DNA from: Candidatus Peregrinibacteria bacterium CG_4_9_14_0_2_um_filter_53_11
Lineage (GTDB): Bacteria > Patescibacteriota > Gracilibacteria > UBA1369 > UM-FILTER-53-11
Direction of reading: 5' to 3'
Assembly (NCBI GenBank): GCA_002788775.1
Contig: PFRX01000006.1
Coordinates: 5,033 to 69,032, forward strand
DNA length: 64,000 bases
Part shown: one piece after another, positions 46,756 through 55,465 of the stretch
Position numbering within the stretch: position 1 is the stretch's first letter
Layout: each line of letters starts with the position of its first letter
Notes under the pieces: generated by a model
Databases searched by the model: none
Seen by the model: only the letters and a program-made list of their open reading frames with translations
What the model was told of the DNA's origin: nothing
Translations under genes and position numbers: made by a program

Positions 46756-47816
46756 TTACTGGAGGTGCCGGCTTCATCGGCTCCAACTATGCTCACTACT
46801 GCACCGAGCATCACCCTCAGAGCGAGCTCGTTGTGCTCGACAACCTCACCTATGCGGGAAACCTCGACAATATTCAGTCACTGATCGACAGTGGAAAGGT
46901 CCGTTTCGCGCAAGGCGATATCAGCGATGCTGACTTTATCGCTGAGCTCTTTGAAAAGGAACGTTTCTCTGCCGTTGTTAACTTTGCCGCCGAGACGCAT
47001 GTCGATCGCAGCATAGTCGAGCCCTCAATTTTTCTCGAGACGAACGTCGCCGGTACCCATAACCTACTCAAGTCCGCTCGAGAGTTCGGGGTTGAGCGCT
47101 ACCATCAGGTCTCGACCGATGAGGTCTATGGTGATCTTGGCGACGACTCAACGAACTACTTTACCGAAGAGACATCAATCGCCCCCAACTGCCCCTATGC
47201 CGCCTCAAAGGCCTCGGCGGACCTCTTCGTCCGCTCCTACAATGAGACCTATCGGATGGCTGTGACTATCAGCCGCTGCTCAAACAACTACGGGCCCTAC
47301 CAGTTCCCTGAAAAGCTCATCCCCTTCTTCTTCCAGCTCGCGGAGCAGGGTAAGGAGCTTCCCCTTTATGGTGATGGGAAGAACGTTCGCGACTGGCTCT
47401 ATGTTGAGGATCACTGCTCTGCAATCGATACCATCCTTCACAACGGTAAGGCCGGGGAGGTCTACAATATCGGTGGGAACAATGAGAAACAGAACATAGA
47501 GATCGCGCAACTTATTCTAAGTTTCTTGGGCAGGCCCACTACGCTCATTCGCTATGTGGAGGACCGCAAGGCTCACGATCGTCGCTATGCCATCGATGCC
47601 TCTAAGATGAAGCGCGACTTTGCGTGGGAGCCGACGGTAACATTTGAGGAGGGTATCAAGAAGACCTTTGACTGGTACAAGGCTAATCAAGAGTGGTGGA
47701 TGAAGGTTATCGAGAAGCACAACATCGATGAGTCTCGAAAGCACATCGCCGAGCCGCGAAGCGCTAAAGCTCAAGCTGCCCGCCTTATCGACCTGTCCCC
47801 CTCTCCAGCTAACTAA
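46737..47816 (+). CDS. rfbB: dTDP-glucose 4,6-dehydratase
   Basis: 359 aa with ITGGAGFIGSN, STDEVYG, PYAASKASADL and RPGHDRRYAID-like KAHDRRYAID. Confidence 0.93.
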   Translation: MFKKILITGGAGFIGSNYAHYCTEHHPQSELVVLDNLTYAGNLDNIQSLIDSGKVRFAQGDISDADFIAELFEKERFSAVVNFAAETHVDRSIVEPSIFLETNVAGTHNLLKSAREFGVERYHQVSTDEVYGDLGDDSTNYFTEETSIAPNCPYAASKASADLFVRSYNETYRMAVTISRCSNNYGPYQFPEKLIPFFFQLAEQGKELPLYGDGKNVRDWLYVEDHCSAIDTILHNGKAGEVYNIGGNNEKQNIEIAQLILSFLGRPTTLIRYVEDRKAHDRRYAIDASKMKRDFAWEPTVTFEEGIKKTFDWYKANQEWWMKVIEKHNIDESRKHIAEPRSAKAQAARLIDLSPSPAN

Positions 47817-47824
47817 CTCCCCTC

Positions 47825-49057
47825 ATGCGCTACTCAAAACTTTTTGGAAAGACAACTCAGCAGGCACCTGCCGATGCGGACAGTGTTAATGCCCGTCTCC
47901 TTACTCAAGGTGGCTTTATCCAGCGTCAGCTTGCAGGCGTCTACAACTTCCTTCCTCTCGGGCTCCGGGTTCTTAAGAAGATCCAGGATATCATCCGCGA
48001 GGAGATCAATGCCGTTGAGGGGCAAGAGGTTCTGATGCCCGCCCTCACTCAGCGTGAAAACTACGATATTACCGGCCGCTCAGCTCTGGATATCCTCTTC
48101 CACCTTACGGGCCACAACGAGGCGGCTTACGTCTTAAACCAGTCTCATGAGGAGGTCGTTACTCCCCTGGTTCAGCGCCACACCCTTTCTTACCGAGATC
48201 TGCCGGTCGCCGTCTACCAGATTCAGAACAAGTTCCGCAATGAGCCCCGTGCAAAATCCGGAATTCTGCGTGGGCGCGAGTTCAACATGAAGGACCTCTA
48301 CTCGTTCCACGCCGACTATGCCGACCTTGAGGCTTACTACGAGCGCGTTAAGGCAGCCTATTTCAAAATCTACAAGCGACTCGGCCTTGGGGAGCGTACC
48401 GTTATAGCCTTTGCCTCAGGAGGCTCTTTTTCCAAGTACTCGCACGAGTTTCAGACACTGGCTGATGTTGGCGAAGATACTCTCTACGTCTGTGAGAGCT
48501 GCTCAATCGGAATCAATAAGGAGATCATAGAAGATCAGAAGGGCTGCCCCGAGTGTGGTAACGAAGAGCTGGTGGAAAAGCGCGCTATCGAGGTCGGAAA
48601 TATTTTCAAGCTCGGAACGCGCTTTACTGAGGCCTTTGGCTTTAGTTACACCGATGCAGCCGGCGAGCAGAAGCCGGTCGAGATGGGGTGTTATGGAATT
48701 GGACCATCACGCATTATGGGGACGCTCGTTGAGGTCTTTAACGATGAGAAGGGCATAATTTGGCCTGCCTCGGTTGCACCATTTAAGCTTCACCTCTTGA
48801 CCTTGGGCATGGATGAGGCCGTCAAAGAAAAGGCCGAGAAGCTCTACCATGAGCTCATCTCCGAAGGGGTAGAGGTGCTCTTTGATGACAGAGACGAGTC
48901 GGCCGGGAAGAAGCTCAACGACGCAGATCTTATTGGAATCCCTCTTCGTATCGTTATGAGCAAGCGGAGTCTTGAGAACGGAGGAGTGGAGCTGAAACGC
49001 CGTTCTGAGGCCGATTCCCAGATTATCCCTCTCTCTGAGTTGAAGAACCATCTGTAA
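47825..49057 (+). CDS. proS: Prolyl-tRNA synthetase, bacterial-like but lacking the INS editing domain
   Basis: 410 aa. MRYSKLFGKTTQQAPADADSVNARLLTQGGFI, FRNEPRAKSGILRGREFNMKD, then a short CESC...CPEC insert where INS normally sits, then IEVGNIFKLGTRF and GCYGIGPSR. Confidence 0.88.
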   Translation: MRYSKLFGKTTQQAPADADSVNARLLTQGGFIQRQLAGVYNFLPLGLRVLKKIQDIIREEINAVEGQEVLMPALTQRENYDITGRSALDILFHLTGHNEAAYVLNQSHEEVVTPLVQRHTLSYRDLPVAVYQIQNKFRNEPRAKSGILRGREFNMKDLYSFHADYADLEAYYERVKAAYFKIYKRLGLGERTVIAFASGGSFSKYSHEFQTLADVGEDTLYVCESCSIGINKEIIEDQKGCPECGNEELVEKRAIEVGNIFKLGTRFTEAFGFSYTDAAGEQKPVEMGCYGIGPSRIMGTLVEVFNDEKGIIWPASVAPFKLHLLTLGMDEAVKEKAEKLYHELISEGVEVLFDDRDESAGKKLNDADLIGIPLRIVMSKRSLENGGVELKRRSEADSQIIPLSELKNHL

Positions 49058-49063
49058 ACGCAT

Positions 49064-49900
49064 ATGAAGATTCTCCTTTTAGGCGGAAGCGGCTTTGTGG
49101 GTAGTGCTCTTAAGAAGGTGGCGGTCCTTGAGGGGCTCACTCTTCATGCCCCCTCTCACGCTGAGTGTGATATCCGAGATGGCGGAGCGCTTGAGCGAGT
49201 TTTTGAGTCGTATCATCCCACGGTTGTTATTAACGCTACGGGTTATACAGCCGTCGACCAAGCTGAAGATGAGCGCGAGAAAGCTTTTGAGCTTAATGCT
49301 GAGGTTGTCGGACGCCTTGCCTCGTTGGCTGAGCGCCACGGTGCAGCCACGGTACAGTTAAGCACCGACTACATCTTTGATGGCGCGCAAGAGGACGGTT
49401 ACGAGGAAGACGCTCTCCCAACACCACTGAACGTCTACGGCGAGAGTAAGGTGATGGGCGAAAAGCTCCTTATGCAAGCCACTAAGCGCTTTTTTATCGT
49501 GCGGACCGCCTGGCCTTTCGGGCACGATGGCAGGAACTTTGTTAACACCATGCTTAATTGTGCAGCTGAGGGGAAACCGCTGAGCGTTGTAACCGATCAG
49601 CGCGGCAGCCCCACCTTTACCCAGGACCTCGCGGAGAGCCTTCTGGCTTTGATTAAAAGCGAAAACTATGGTATCTATCATAGAGTCAACAGCGGCTCGT
49701 GCAGCTGGTATGAGCTCGCCTGTGAGATATTCCTACAGCTCGGCATTCCCTACGAGATAAAGCCGATTACTTCTGAGCAGCTGGGAAGAAAAGCCCAGCG
49801 CCCCCCCGTTTCCATACTGAAGACAACAAAGCTTCCTCCCCTACGCCACTGGCGTGAGGCACTTGAGGAGTACTTACAGACCCAACCCCTAATCTTATGA
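49064..49900 (+). CDS. rfbD: dTDP-4-dehydrorhamnose reductase
   Basis: 278 aa with LLLGGSGFVGSA, INATGYTAVDQAE, STDYIFDG, YGESKVMGE, SPTFTQDLA. Confidence 0.88.
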   Translation: MKILLLGGSGFVGSALKKVAVLEGLTLHAPSHAECDIRDGGALERVFESYHPTVVINATGYTAVDQAEDEREKAFELNAEVVGRLASLAERHGAATVQLSTDYIFDGAQEDGYEEDALPTPLNVYGESKVMGEKLLMQATKRFFIVRTAWPFGHDGRNFVNTMLNCAAEGKPLSVVTDQRGSPTFTQDLAESLLALIKSENYGIYHRVNSGSCSWYELACEIFLQLGIPYEIKPITSEQLGRKAQRPPVSILKTTKLPPLRHWREALEEYLQTQPLIL

Positions 49901-50718
49901 AAGGCATTATCTTGGCCGGTGGCAACGGTCGCCGTCTCAACCCACTCACGGACGTCACCAATAAACACCTCCTGCCCGTCTACGACAAGCCGATGATCTT
50001 CTATCCTCTCGAGACGCTGATCTCAGGTGGTATTCGAGATATCCTTATAGTAACAGGTAAAGAGTATGCCGGTGGCTTCCTCAAGCTGCTGGGGTCGGGG
50101 CGTGAGTTTGGCTGCAGCTTCCACTACGAGGTTCAGGAAGATGCCTATGGAATTGCCCACGCCCTCGGTCTTGCAGAGGACTTTGTGGGTGACGAGAACT
50201 GTGCCGTTATCCTGGGAGACAACATCTATGAGGATACATTTAAAGACGATTTTGACGCTTTCTCAGGAGGAGCCCACATATTTCTGAAGGAGATGGATGA
50301 CGCCTACCGTTTTGGAGTCGCCACGGTTGAGGGCGATCACATCAAGGGAATTGTGGAGAAACCCAAAGACATAACAAAGGGGCTCGCTGTCACCGGCCTC
50401 TACTTCTATGGCCCTACCGTCTTTGACGTGGTGCGCAATCTTAAGCCATCCGGACGAGGTGAGCTTGAGATAACAGATGTTAACAATCACTACATTCAGC
50501 ACGGCACGATGACCTATAGCATGCTCAACTGTGACTGGACCGATGCCGGTACCTTTGAGAGTCTCTACCGGGCAAATTCGCTCGCTCGAAATCTTATCAA
50601 ATCAGGCCGCACAACTCCATTTGAGCTTCTTGTGAGCGACCGAAAGCAGCGTCAGGTTATGCCTCTGGCCGATGTGGAGGAGGCGCCTCTCCCCCAAACC
50701 TCCTCAAATCTTCTCTAA
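49897..50718 (+). CDS. rfbA: Glucose-1-phosphate thymidylyltransferase-like sugar nucleotidyltransferase (short form)
   Basis: 273 aa with MKGIILAGGNGRRLNPLT, NKHLLPVYDKPMIFYPL, ILGDNIY, EKPK. The ATGA overlaps the rfbD stop. Confidence 0.8.
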   Translation: MKGIILAGGNGRRLNPLTDVTNKHLLPVYDKPMIFYPLETLISGGIRDILIVTGKEYAGGFLKLLGSGREFGCSFHYEVQEDAYGIAHALGLAEDFVGDENCAVILGDNIYEDTFKDDFDAFSGGAHIFLKEMDDAYRFGVATVEGDHIKGIVEKPKDITKGLAVTGLYFYGPTVFDVVRNLKPSGRGELEITDVNNHYIQHGTMTYSMLNCDWTDAGTFESLYRANSLARNLIKSGRTTPFELLVSDRKQRQVMPLADVEEAPLPQTSSNLL

Positions 50719-51647
50719 TGTCCAAGATTCTCGTCTGTGCCTCCCTCGCCTACGATATTCTTTACACGTATCCCGGAATCTTTAACGACTCCCTCGATAC
50801 CACTCAGCCTCAGCTGAGCGTAGCTTTTAACGTTAAGGAGCGGCGCGTCCACTTTGGTGGCTGTGCCGGCAATATCGTCTACACGGGAGTGCAGCTGAGC
50901 TCAGCCTTCCGCCTCTGTGGAGTTGTGGGCGGAGATTTTGCCGATTATGAGGCCTGGCTCCAGAAAAATTCGATAGAGACGGATCTTATTGTCAGAGCTC
51001 CCGATGCCGTCACCTCACATGCAACGATTCTTACCGACCACAAGGGCCAGCAACTTATCTTTTTCGATGAGGGAGCCGCCGCGCTCACGGCTGTTCATCG
51101 TGATGAGCTCACCGGACTGATCTCCCGGCAGGCTCGCGAGGGCCAGATAGCGGCCCTTCACATCGGTCCCAATCCTTGGAGCTTTATGAGTAGCTGCCTA
51201 GAGGCTGCTAAGGCTACAGGCCTCCCCTACTTCTTCGACCCGGGGCAGGCGATGCCGGTCTTTTCTAAGGAAGAGCTCTTCGAGGCCTGGAGAGGTGCCG
51301 CGGGGATTTTTGTGAATGAGTATGAGTTCGCCTTGGCAGCTAAGACCATGCAGATGGATGAGGCTGTTCTCTCCGTCCTGAACCCCCTAACCGTCGTCAC
51401 TCGTGGTAAGGAGGGCTCCTCGATCTTCTGGGGCGGTGAGGAGCTGAGTATCCCTCCACAAACCGACGGCGTTCCCGTTGACCCGACGGGCTGTGGAGAC
51501 GCCTACCGAGCCGGTTTCCTTTCTGTTATTCACGAGGCCAACTACAAACTGACCCACCAGCTCTTGGAGCGGGCGGGTCAGCGTGGAACCGAGGCGGCTA
51601 CTGCCTGCCTGAGGGTCTCAGGGACTCAGGAGCATCGCCTTGGCTAA
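50718..51647 (+). CDS. PfkB-family carbohydrate/nucleoside kinase
   Basis: 309 aa. GGCAGNIVYT near the N-terminus and the PfkB signature VDPTGCGDAYRAGFL. TAATG overlaps the upstream stop. Confidence 0.8.
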   Translation: MSKILVCASLAYDILYTYPGIFNDSLDTTQPQLSVAFNVKERRVHFGGCAGNIVYTGVQLSSAFRLCGVVGGDFADYEAWLQKNSIETDLIVRAPDAVTSHATILTDHKGQQLIFFDEGAAALTAVHRDELTGLISRQAREGQIAALHIGPNPWSFMSSCLEAAKATGLPYFFDPGQAMPVFSKEELFEAWRGAAGIFVNEYEFALAAKTMQMDEAVLSVLNPLTVVTRGKEGSSIFWGGEELSIPPQTDGVPVDPTGCGDAYRAGFLSVIHEANYKLTHQLLERAGQRGTEAATACLRVSGTQEHRLG

Positions 51648-51657
51648 GGTCTTCGTT

Positions 51658-51690
51658 GTGATCGGCTCGAATCCGGCCGATCGCTTTTTA
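51658..51690 (+). terminator. Rho-independent terminator after the PfkB kinase gene
   Basis: GTGATCGGCtcgaatccgGCCGATCGC followed by TTTTT. Confidence 0.6.
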
Positions 51691-51707
51691 TCGTGGACGC
51701 TCTCTTA

Positions 51708-54293
51708 CTACTCGTCTGTCTGGCCGTCGCAGTCATCATCAACACCGTTTCCTGCTACCTCGGCCGGAGTCTGAACGCTGCAGCGTGAGGAGTTAACTCC
51801 ATTGCAGGTATAGACCCCAACATCACCGCAGGCATTTGAGCATGACTCACCTACTCGGAAGCCATCATCGACAGTACCATCACAGTCATCATCGGCGCCG
51901 TTGCACTGCTCAACACTTGGCTGAACACTTGGGCGGACGCTTCGGACGGTGGCACACTCTACAACACCATCGGCACAGACTCCGGGAAGGCCCGTCGGCT
52001 CCCCGACACGTGCCCCTGTTGAAAGTGTGAAGTTCTCATCAGTCATTCCATCGCAGTCATCATCCTGACCGTTACAGAGCTCTTCAGTTGACTGATCGTT
52101 TGTTCCTTCAGGGCCGTTTGAGGGTACGAGGCGGGCAACGCCGTTCTCGCAAACTTTCTCGGCAACACCGGCAGCAACACCGGCTCGGTCGGCACAGGCA
52201 CCTACCGCATTGCGGGGGGCGCCAACACCGGCGAGCTCGTCAGCTTCTCCATCACAGTCATCGTCGAGGCCGTTACATGGGTTCTCTACAGCAGGCTCGA
52301 TAAGCCCCTCGCAGCTACCCCACTCACCGGCATCAGTACAGGTCTGTTCTCCCTGCTGGCAGATTCCACGCTCCGGGAGGGCTCCACAGTTCTGGGTGTC
52401 TCCGGGGAGGCAGTCGAAGCCCTCATCAGGCTGACCATCACAGTCGTCATCGAGGCCGTTTGGACGCTCCTCGACTGGCTGTGTGTGAGGAACAATTCGG
52501 AGTGAGCGGCCCTCGGTTGAGTCGTCACAAGTGGCCGTACCAAAGCGGCACTCACCGGGGACGGCGAGGATTTCACCAGTGGCAAAAAGGTCGTTCTGGC
52601 CTGGTAGATCTCGTGTCAGAGGGTATCCGGCATTCTCGCCCTCTCCTTCATCAACGATACCATCGCAGTCATTATCAGCTCCATCACAAAGGTCAGATGT
52701 TGGATTGAACTCTGATCCATCTATATCGGTTGAACAGCGTACGCCGCCCTGACCGTCACACTCACGCTCACCCTCCCCGCAGGCACCTTCGCAGGCCTGT
52801 CCTAGGCGGAACTGAACGACGTCGGTCTGGCCGTTACAGTCGCTATCCGTTCCATCGGGATTGAGATCGGTTACATCGCAAGTTTCGGCTGCCGGCTCGG
52901 CACCTCCATTACAGGCATCTTCATATGAGCCGTCAACACAGGCGCGAAGGCCTTCGGCACAGGCTCCAACATCACTTCCACAAGGAAGGGTGTCGCCGGG
53001 ATTACACGCACAGCCATCGTTTACCTGACCATCGCAGTCGTTATCAAGGTTATCGTTGCAGAGGTCGACGTCGTTGCTCTCGGGATCGTTAGGATTGAGG
53101 CCGCCGCGGCGTACAAGTGAAGAACACTCGGTGGCGCGCTCTGTCTTACAGACGATAACCCCATCTCCGCAGACGCCGGGCTCGTTACAGACCTCACCGA
53201 CATTGAAGCCCTCGTCTATCCGTCGGTCACAGTTATTGTCCATGCCGTCACAGATCTCTTCCGATGGGTTGTACTCGCTGCCTCCTTGATTGGTCGAGCA
53301 GTCGGCACCTACCCCGTTACACTCGCGGACGCCATCGCCACAGGCACCGTTGCAGGCCTGTCCCAGGCGGAAGTTCTCATCGGTATCTCCATCGCAGTCA
53401 TTATCTTCATCATCGCACACCTCAGCAGATGGACCAACCTGGCCCTCGCACTCGGCTCCCCAGCGGCTCGTACCATCACCATCGTCGATACAGCGCTGAA
53501 CTCCTGGCACACACGCACCAACATCTGAGCCACAAGGACGCTCAGCTGCATCGCGAGGATCGCATGGAGTTCCATTGTCTGGAGTTCCATCACAGTCATC
53601 ATCACGTTCATTTGGCTCCTCATTTTCTGGGCCTCGTGGCTGCTGGGTAGTAACAAAAGTCGTTCCTCCCTGTGCATCAGGCTTACAGGTAAGGATGCGG
53701 GGCTCACACTCTCCAATAGAACTTCCCTCTTCGATAACCTCACCAACGTCACAGCGGCAGGCTGCATCGCTATTCTCAACAGTTACTGCCGGGTCGTTAG
53801 GAGCACAGGTGTCGCAGGCATCTCCGTGCTTGTCCCCATCCGCATCACGCTGATCGGGATTTGGTACGTCGATACAGTTGTCTACAACATCAGCTACGCC
53901 ATCGGCATCAAAATCTGACTGGTTTGGATTTGCGACGCCTGGATCGTTGTCACACTCATCGGGAATACTGTCGTTATCAGTATCGGTCGTGGTATTTGAG
54001 ATACTTGGGCAGGGGTCGCAGACATCACCGAAGCCGTCGCCGTCAGTATCCTTTTGATCGGCATTGGTATTGAAGACGCAGTTGTCTACGGCGTCGGGAA
54101 GGCCATCCCCGTCTGAGTCATCAGACGAGTCGCCGCCGTCGGTACCGGCGTCATCAGTTTCGGAGACCGCATCAGCGGCATCTTCGCGAATTTTTGACTG
54201 AGTTTTGTCGCAGCCCGCTAGTCCGGGGACTCCTCCTGTGAGGAAGGCGGCGACGGCGAGTTTACGGAGTGTAGGTGATTCTCTGAGTTTCAT
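51708..54293 (-). CDS. Large secreted lipoprotein: thrombospondin type-3 Ca-binding repeats plus ~11 Cys-rich CDG-x-DNDCDG-xx-DE (MopE-like 'putative metal-binding') repeats
   Basis: 861 aa. Signal peptide with lipobox LAGC. TSP3-like DSDGDGLPDAVDNCVFNTNADQKDTDGDGFGDVCDPCP and DADGVADVVDNCIDVPNPDQRDADGDKHGDACDTC. Repeats follow, e.g. ICDGMDNNCDRRIDEGF, LCDGADNDCDGIVDEG, QCNGADDDCDGTVDDGF. The protein ends ...GVDDDCDGQTDE. Confidence 0.75.
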   Translation of the reverse strand: MKLRESPTLRKLAVAAFLTGGVPGLAGCDKTQSKIREDAADAVSETDDAGTDGGDSSDDSDGDGLPDAVDNCVFNTNADQKDTDGDGFGDVCDPCPSISNTTTDTDNDSIPDECDNDPGVANPNQSDFDADGVADVVDNCIDVPNPDQRDADGDKHGDACDTCAPNDPAVTVENSDAACRCDVGEVIEEGSSIGECEPRILTCKPDAQGGTTFVTTQQPRGPENEEPNERDDDCDGTPDNGTPCDPRDAAERPCGSDVGACVPGVQRCIDDGDGTSRWGAECEGQVGPSAEVCDDEDNDCDGDTDENFRLGQACNGACGDGVRECNGVGADCSTNQGGSEYNPSEEICDGMDNNCDRRIDEGFNVGEVCNEPGVCGDGVIVCKTERATECSSLVRRGGLNPNDPESNDVDLCNDNLDNDCDGQVNDGCACNPGDTLPCGSDVGACAEGLRACVDGSYEDACNGGAEPAAETCDVTDLNPDGTDSDCNGQTDVVQFRLGQACEGACGEGERECDGQGGVRCSTDIDGSEFNPTSDLCDGADNDCDGIVDEGEGENAGYPLTRDLPGQNDLFATGEILAVPGECRFGTATCDDSTEGRSLRIVPHTQPVEERPNGLDDDCDGQPDEGFDCLPGDTQNCGALPERGICQQGEQTCTDAGEWGSCEGLIEPAVENPCNGLDDDCDGEADELAGVGAPRNAVGACADRAGVAAGVAEKVCENGVARLVPSNGPEGTNDQSTEELCNGQDDDCDGMTDENFTLSTGARVGEPTGLPGVCADGVVECATVRSVRPSVQPSVEQCNGADDDCDGTVDDGFRVGESCSNACGDVGVYTCNGVNSSRCSVQTPAEVAGNGVDDDCDGQTDE

Positions 54294-54325
54294 AGGTGTA
54301 GTGAGTTACGAGGTTGATTGTAGGG

Positions 54326-55396
54326 TTAGAATCGGAGTGCTCCGGTTATGCCGTAATAAGAAGCTGCAAGAGGTTTAGCTGCTGCTGCCTCTGCTGCAAA
54401 TAATCCGTGTACCGGGGCCTTCCCTTTAGGGAATAAGACACCAAGGCGTCCTCCCAGCTGAACAGCTGCAAGAGTTGGTAGGAACTGGTTACCTTGAACG
54501 TCCGTCTCCGGCAGGACGACTCCTCCGGCGAAGCCAGTTAGCTCAAAGCCCCCCTGACTACGAACTCCCATGAGTGCCCGTCCTCCAACTTGGAAGCGCT
54601 GGGTATTCTGATCTTCTCCGTTAACATCTTCGTAGTAGTCTGCACGGCTTCCGATGAGTCCTTCGGCCCCAACAAAGCTACTCTTTCCAATAGGTAGGTC
54701 TACACCCACAACTCCGGCAAGACCGGGGTCGAAAGCGGCAACAAAGGGCTGCTGTGAGGTTACGCCAATGCTAAAGTTAAGGTCCTGCTCCGGCTCTGCT
54801 GCCCACTCGTCACCTAAGCGGTAAGACGATGAGCCTCCGCCTGTTCTCGGGTCGGTAGCTGTAACTCTAAGCTGCATCTCTCGCTTATTGTCATCCGGTC
54901 CAAGGCAGACGGTATTGAAGTCGAGCGTGTCACCCGGAATGGGTGGCGCCTCAACAACAACAGTAGCCTCACCGGCAGTATTCGTAGTGAGTCTTTTTCC
55001 TGCAATCATAACACTAGTCCATCCCGGGTTGTTTCGTGTGGGAGGGCAGTGAGCCGTGATATGAACGTGACCATCGGGTGGAGCAAAGATAGCTGCACGA
55101 AGGCGCTCCTCGCCTCGGTCATTGATCTCCTCCTCGAGGGTTACCCCCGGGCCGGTAGCATCAACGTGGACACTGTTTTCAGGTACGGTCTGATTGATAG
55201 GAGTAATGATCTCCTGTGCCTCTGCAGCTTTTGGAGCAAGTAGGCTACCAAGAGTAAGAACGGCTGCCGCAAGGCGCCCATTCTGTCCTGATAGTCGTGA
55301 GAGGATACTTTGACCGGTGGCTGGGGTCGTTCCTGCCTCTCTAGTAGTAGCAGATGTGACTTCGGGCTGTTCGTGTTGTGGGCGTTCGGTAGACAT
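54326..55396 (-). CDS. Secreted protein of unknown function; C-terminal ~150 aa resemble a small beta-barrel ending in Phe
   Basis: 356 aa. Hydrophobic signal-like segment LAAAVLTLGSLLAPKAAEA after a ~40-aa polar N-region. The C-terminus has alternating-polarity strands (RFQVGGRALMGVRS, GFELTGFAGGVVLP, AAVQLGGRLGVLFP, SYYGITGALRF-stop). It lies 32 nt upstream of the Cys-rich lipoprotein gene. Confidence 0.5.
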   Translation of the reverse strand: MSTERPQHEQPEVTSATTREAGTTPATGQSILSRLSGQNGRLAAAVLTLGSLLAPKAAEAQEIITPINQTVPENSVHVDATGPGVTLEEEINDRGEERLRAAIFAPPDGHVHITAHCPPTRNNPGWTSVMIAGKRLTTNTAGEATVVVEAPPIPGDTLDFNTVCLGPDDNKREMQLRVTATDPRTGGGSSSYRLGDEWAAEPEQDLNFSIGVTSQQPFVAAFDPGLAGVVGVDLPIGKSSFVGAEGLIGSRADYYEDVNGEDQNTQRFQVGGRALMGVRSQGGFELTGFAGGVVLPETDVQGNQFLPTLAAVQLGGRLGVLFPKGKAPVHGLFAAEAAAAKPLAASYYGITGALRF

Positions 55397-55465
55397 AAAT
55401 ACTGCGAGTTACTTATGATGTTAGATACAAAAGGCAGTAGTTATATCACAATATTTTACCATTTG

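Noticed and set aside
51836-54073. Numerous 60-160-aa ORFs on both strands inside 51708-54293 (e.g. 53264-53650, 53309-53779).
   Set aside because: They are by-products of the repetitive, GC-biased Asp/Cys/Gly codon periodicity of the large repeat lipoprotein gene. Only the 861-aa minus-strand frame has a signal peptide and coherent repeats.
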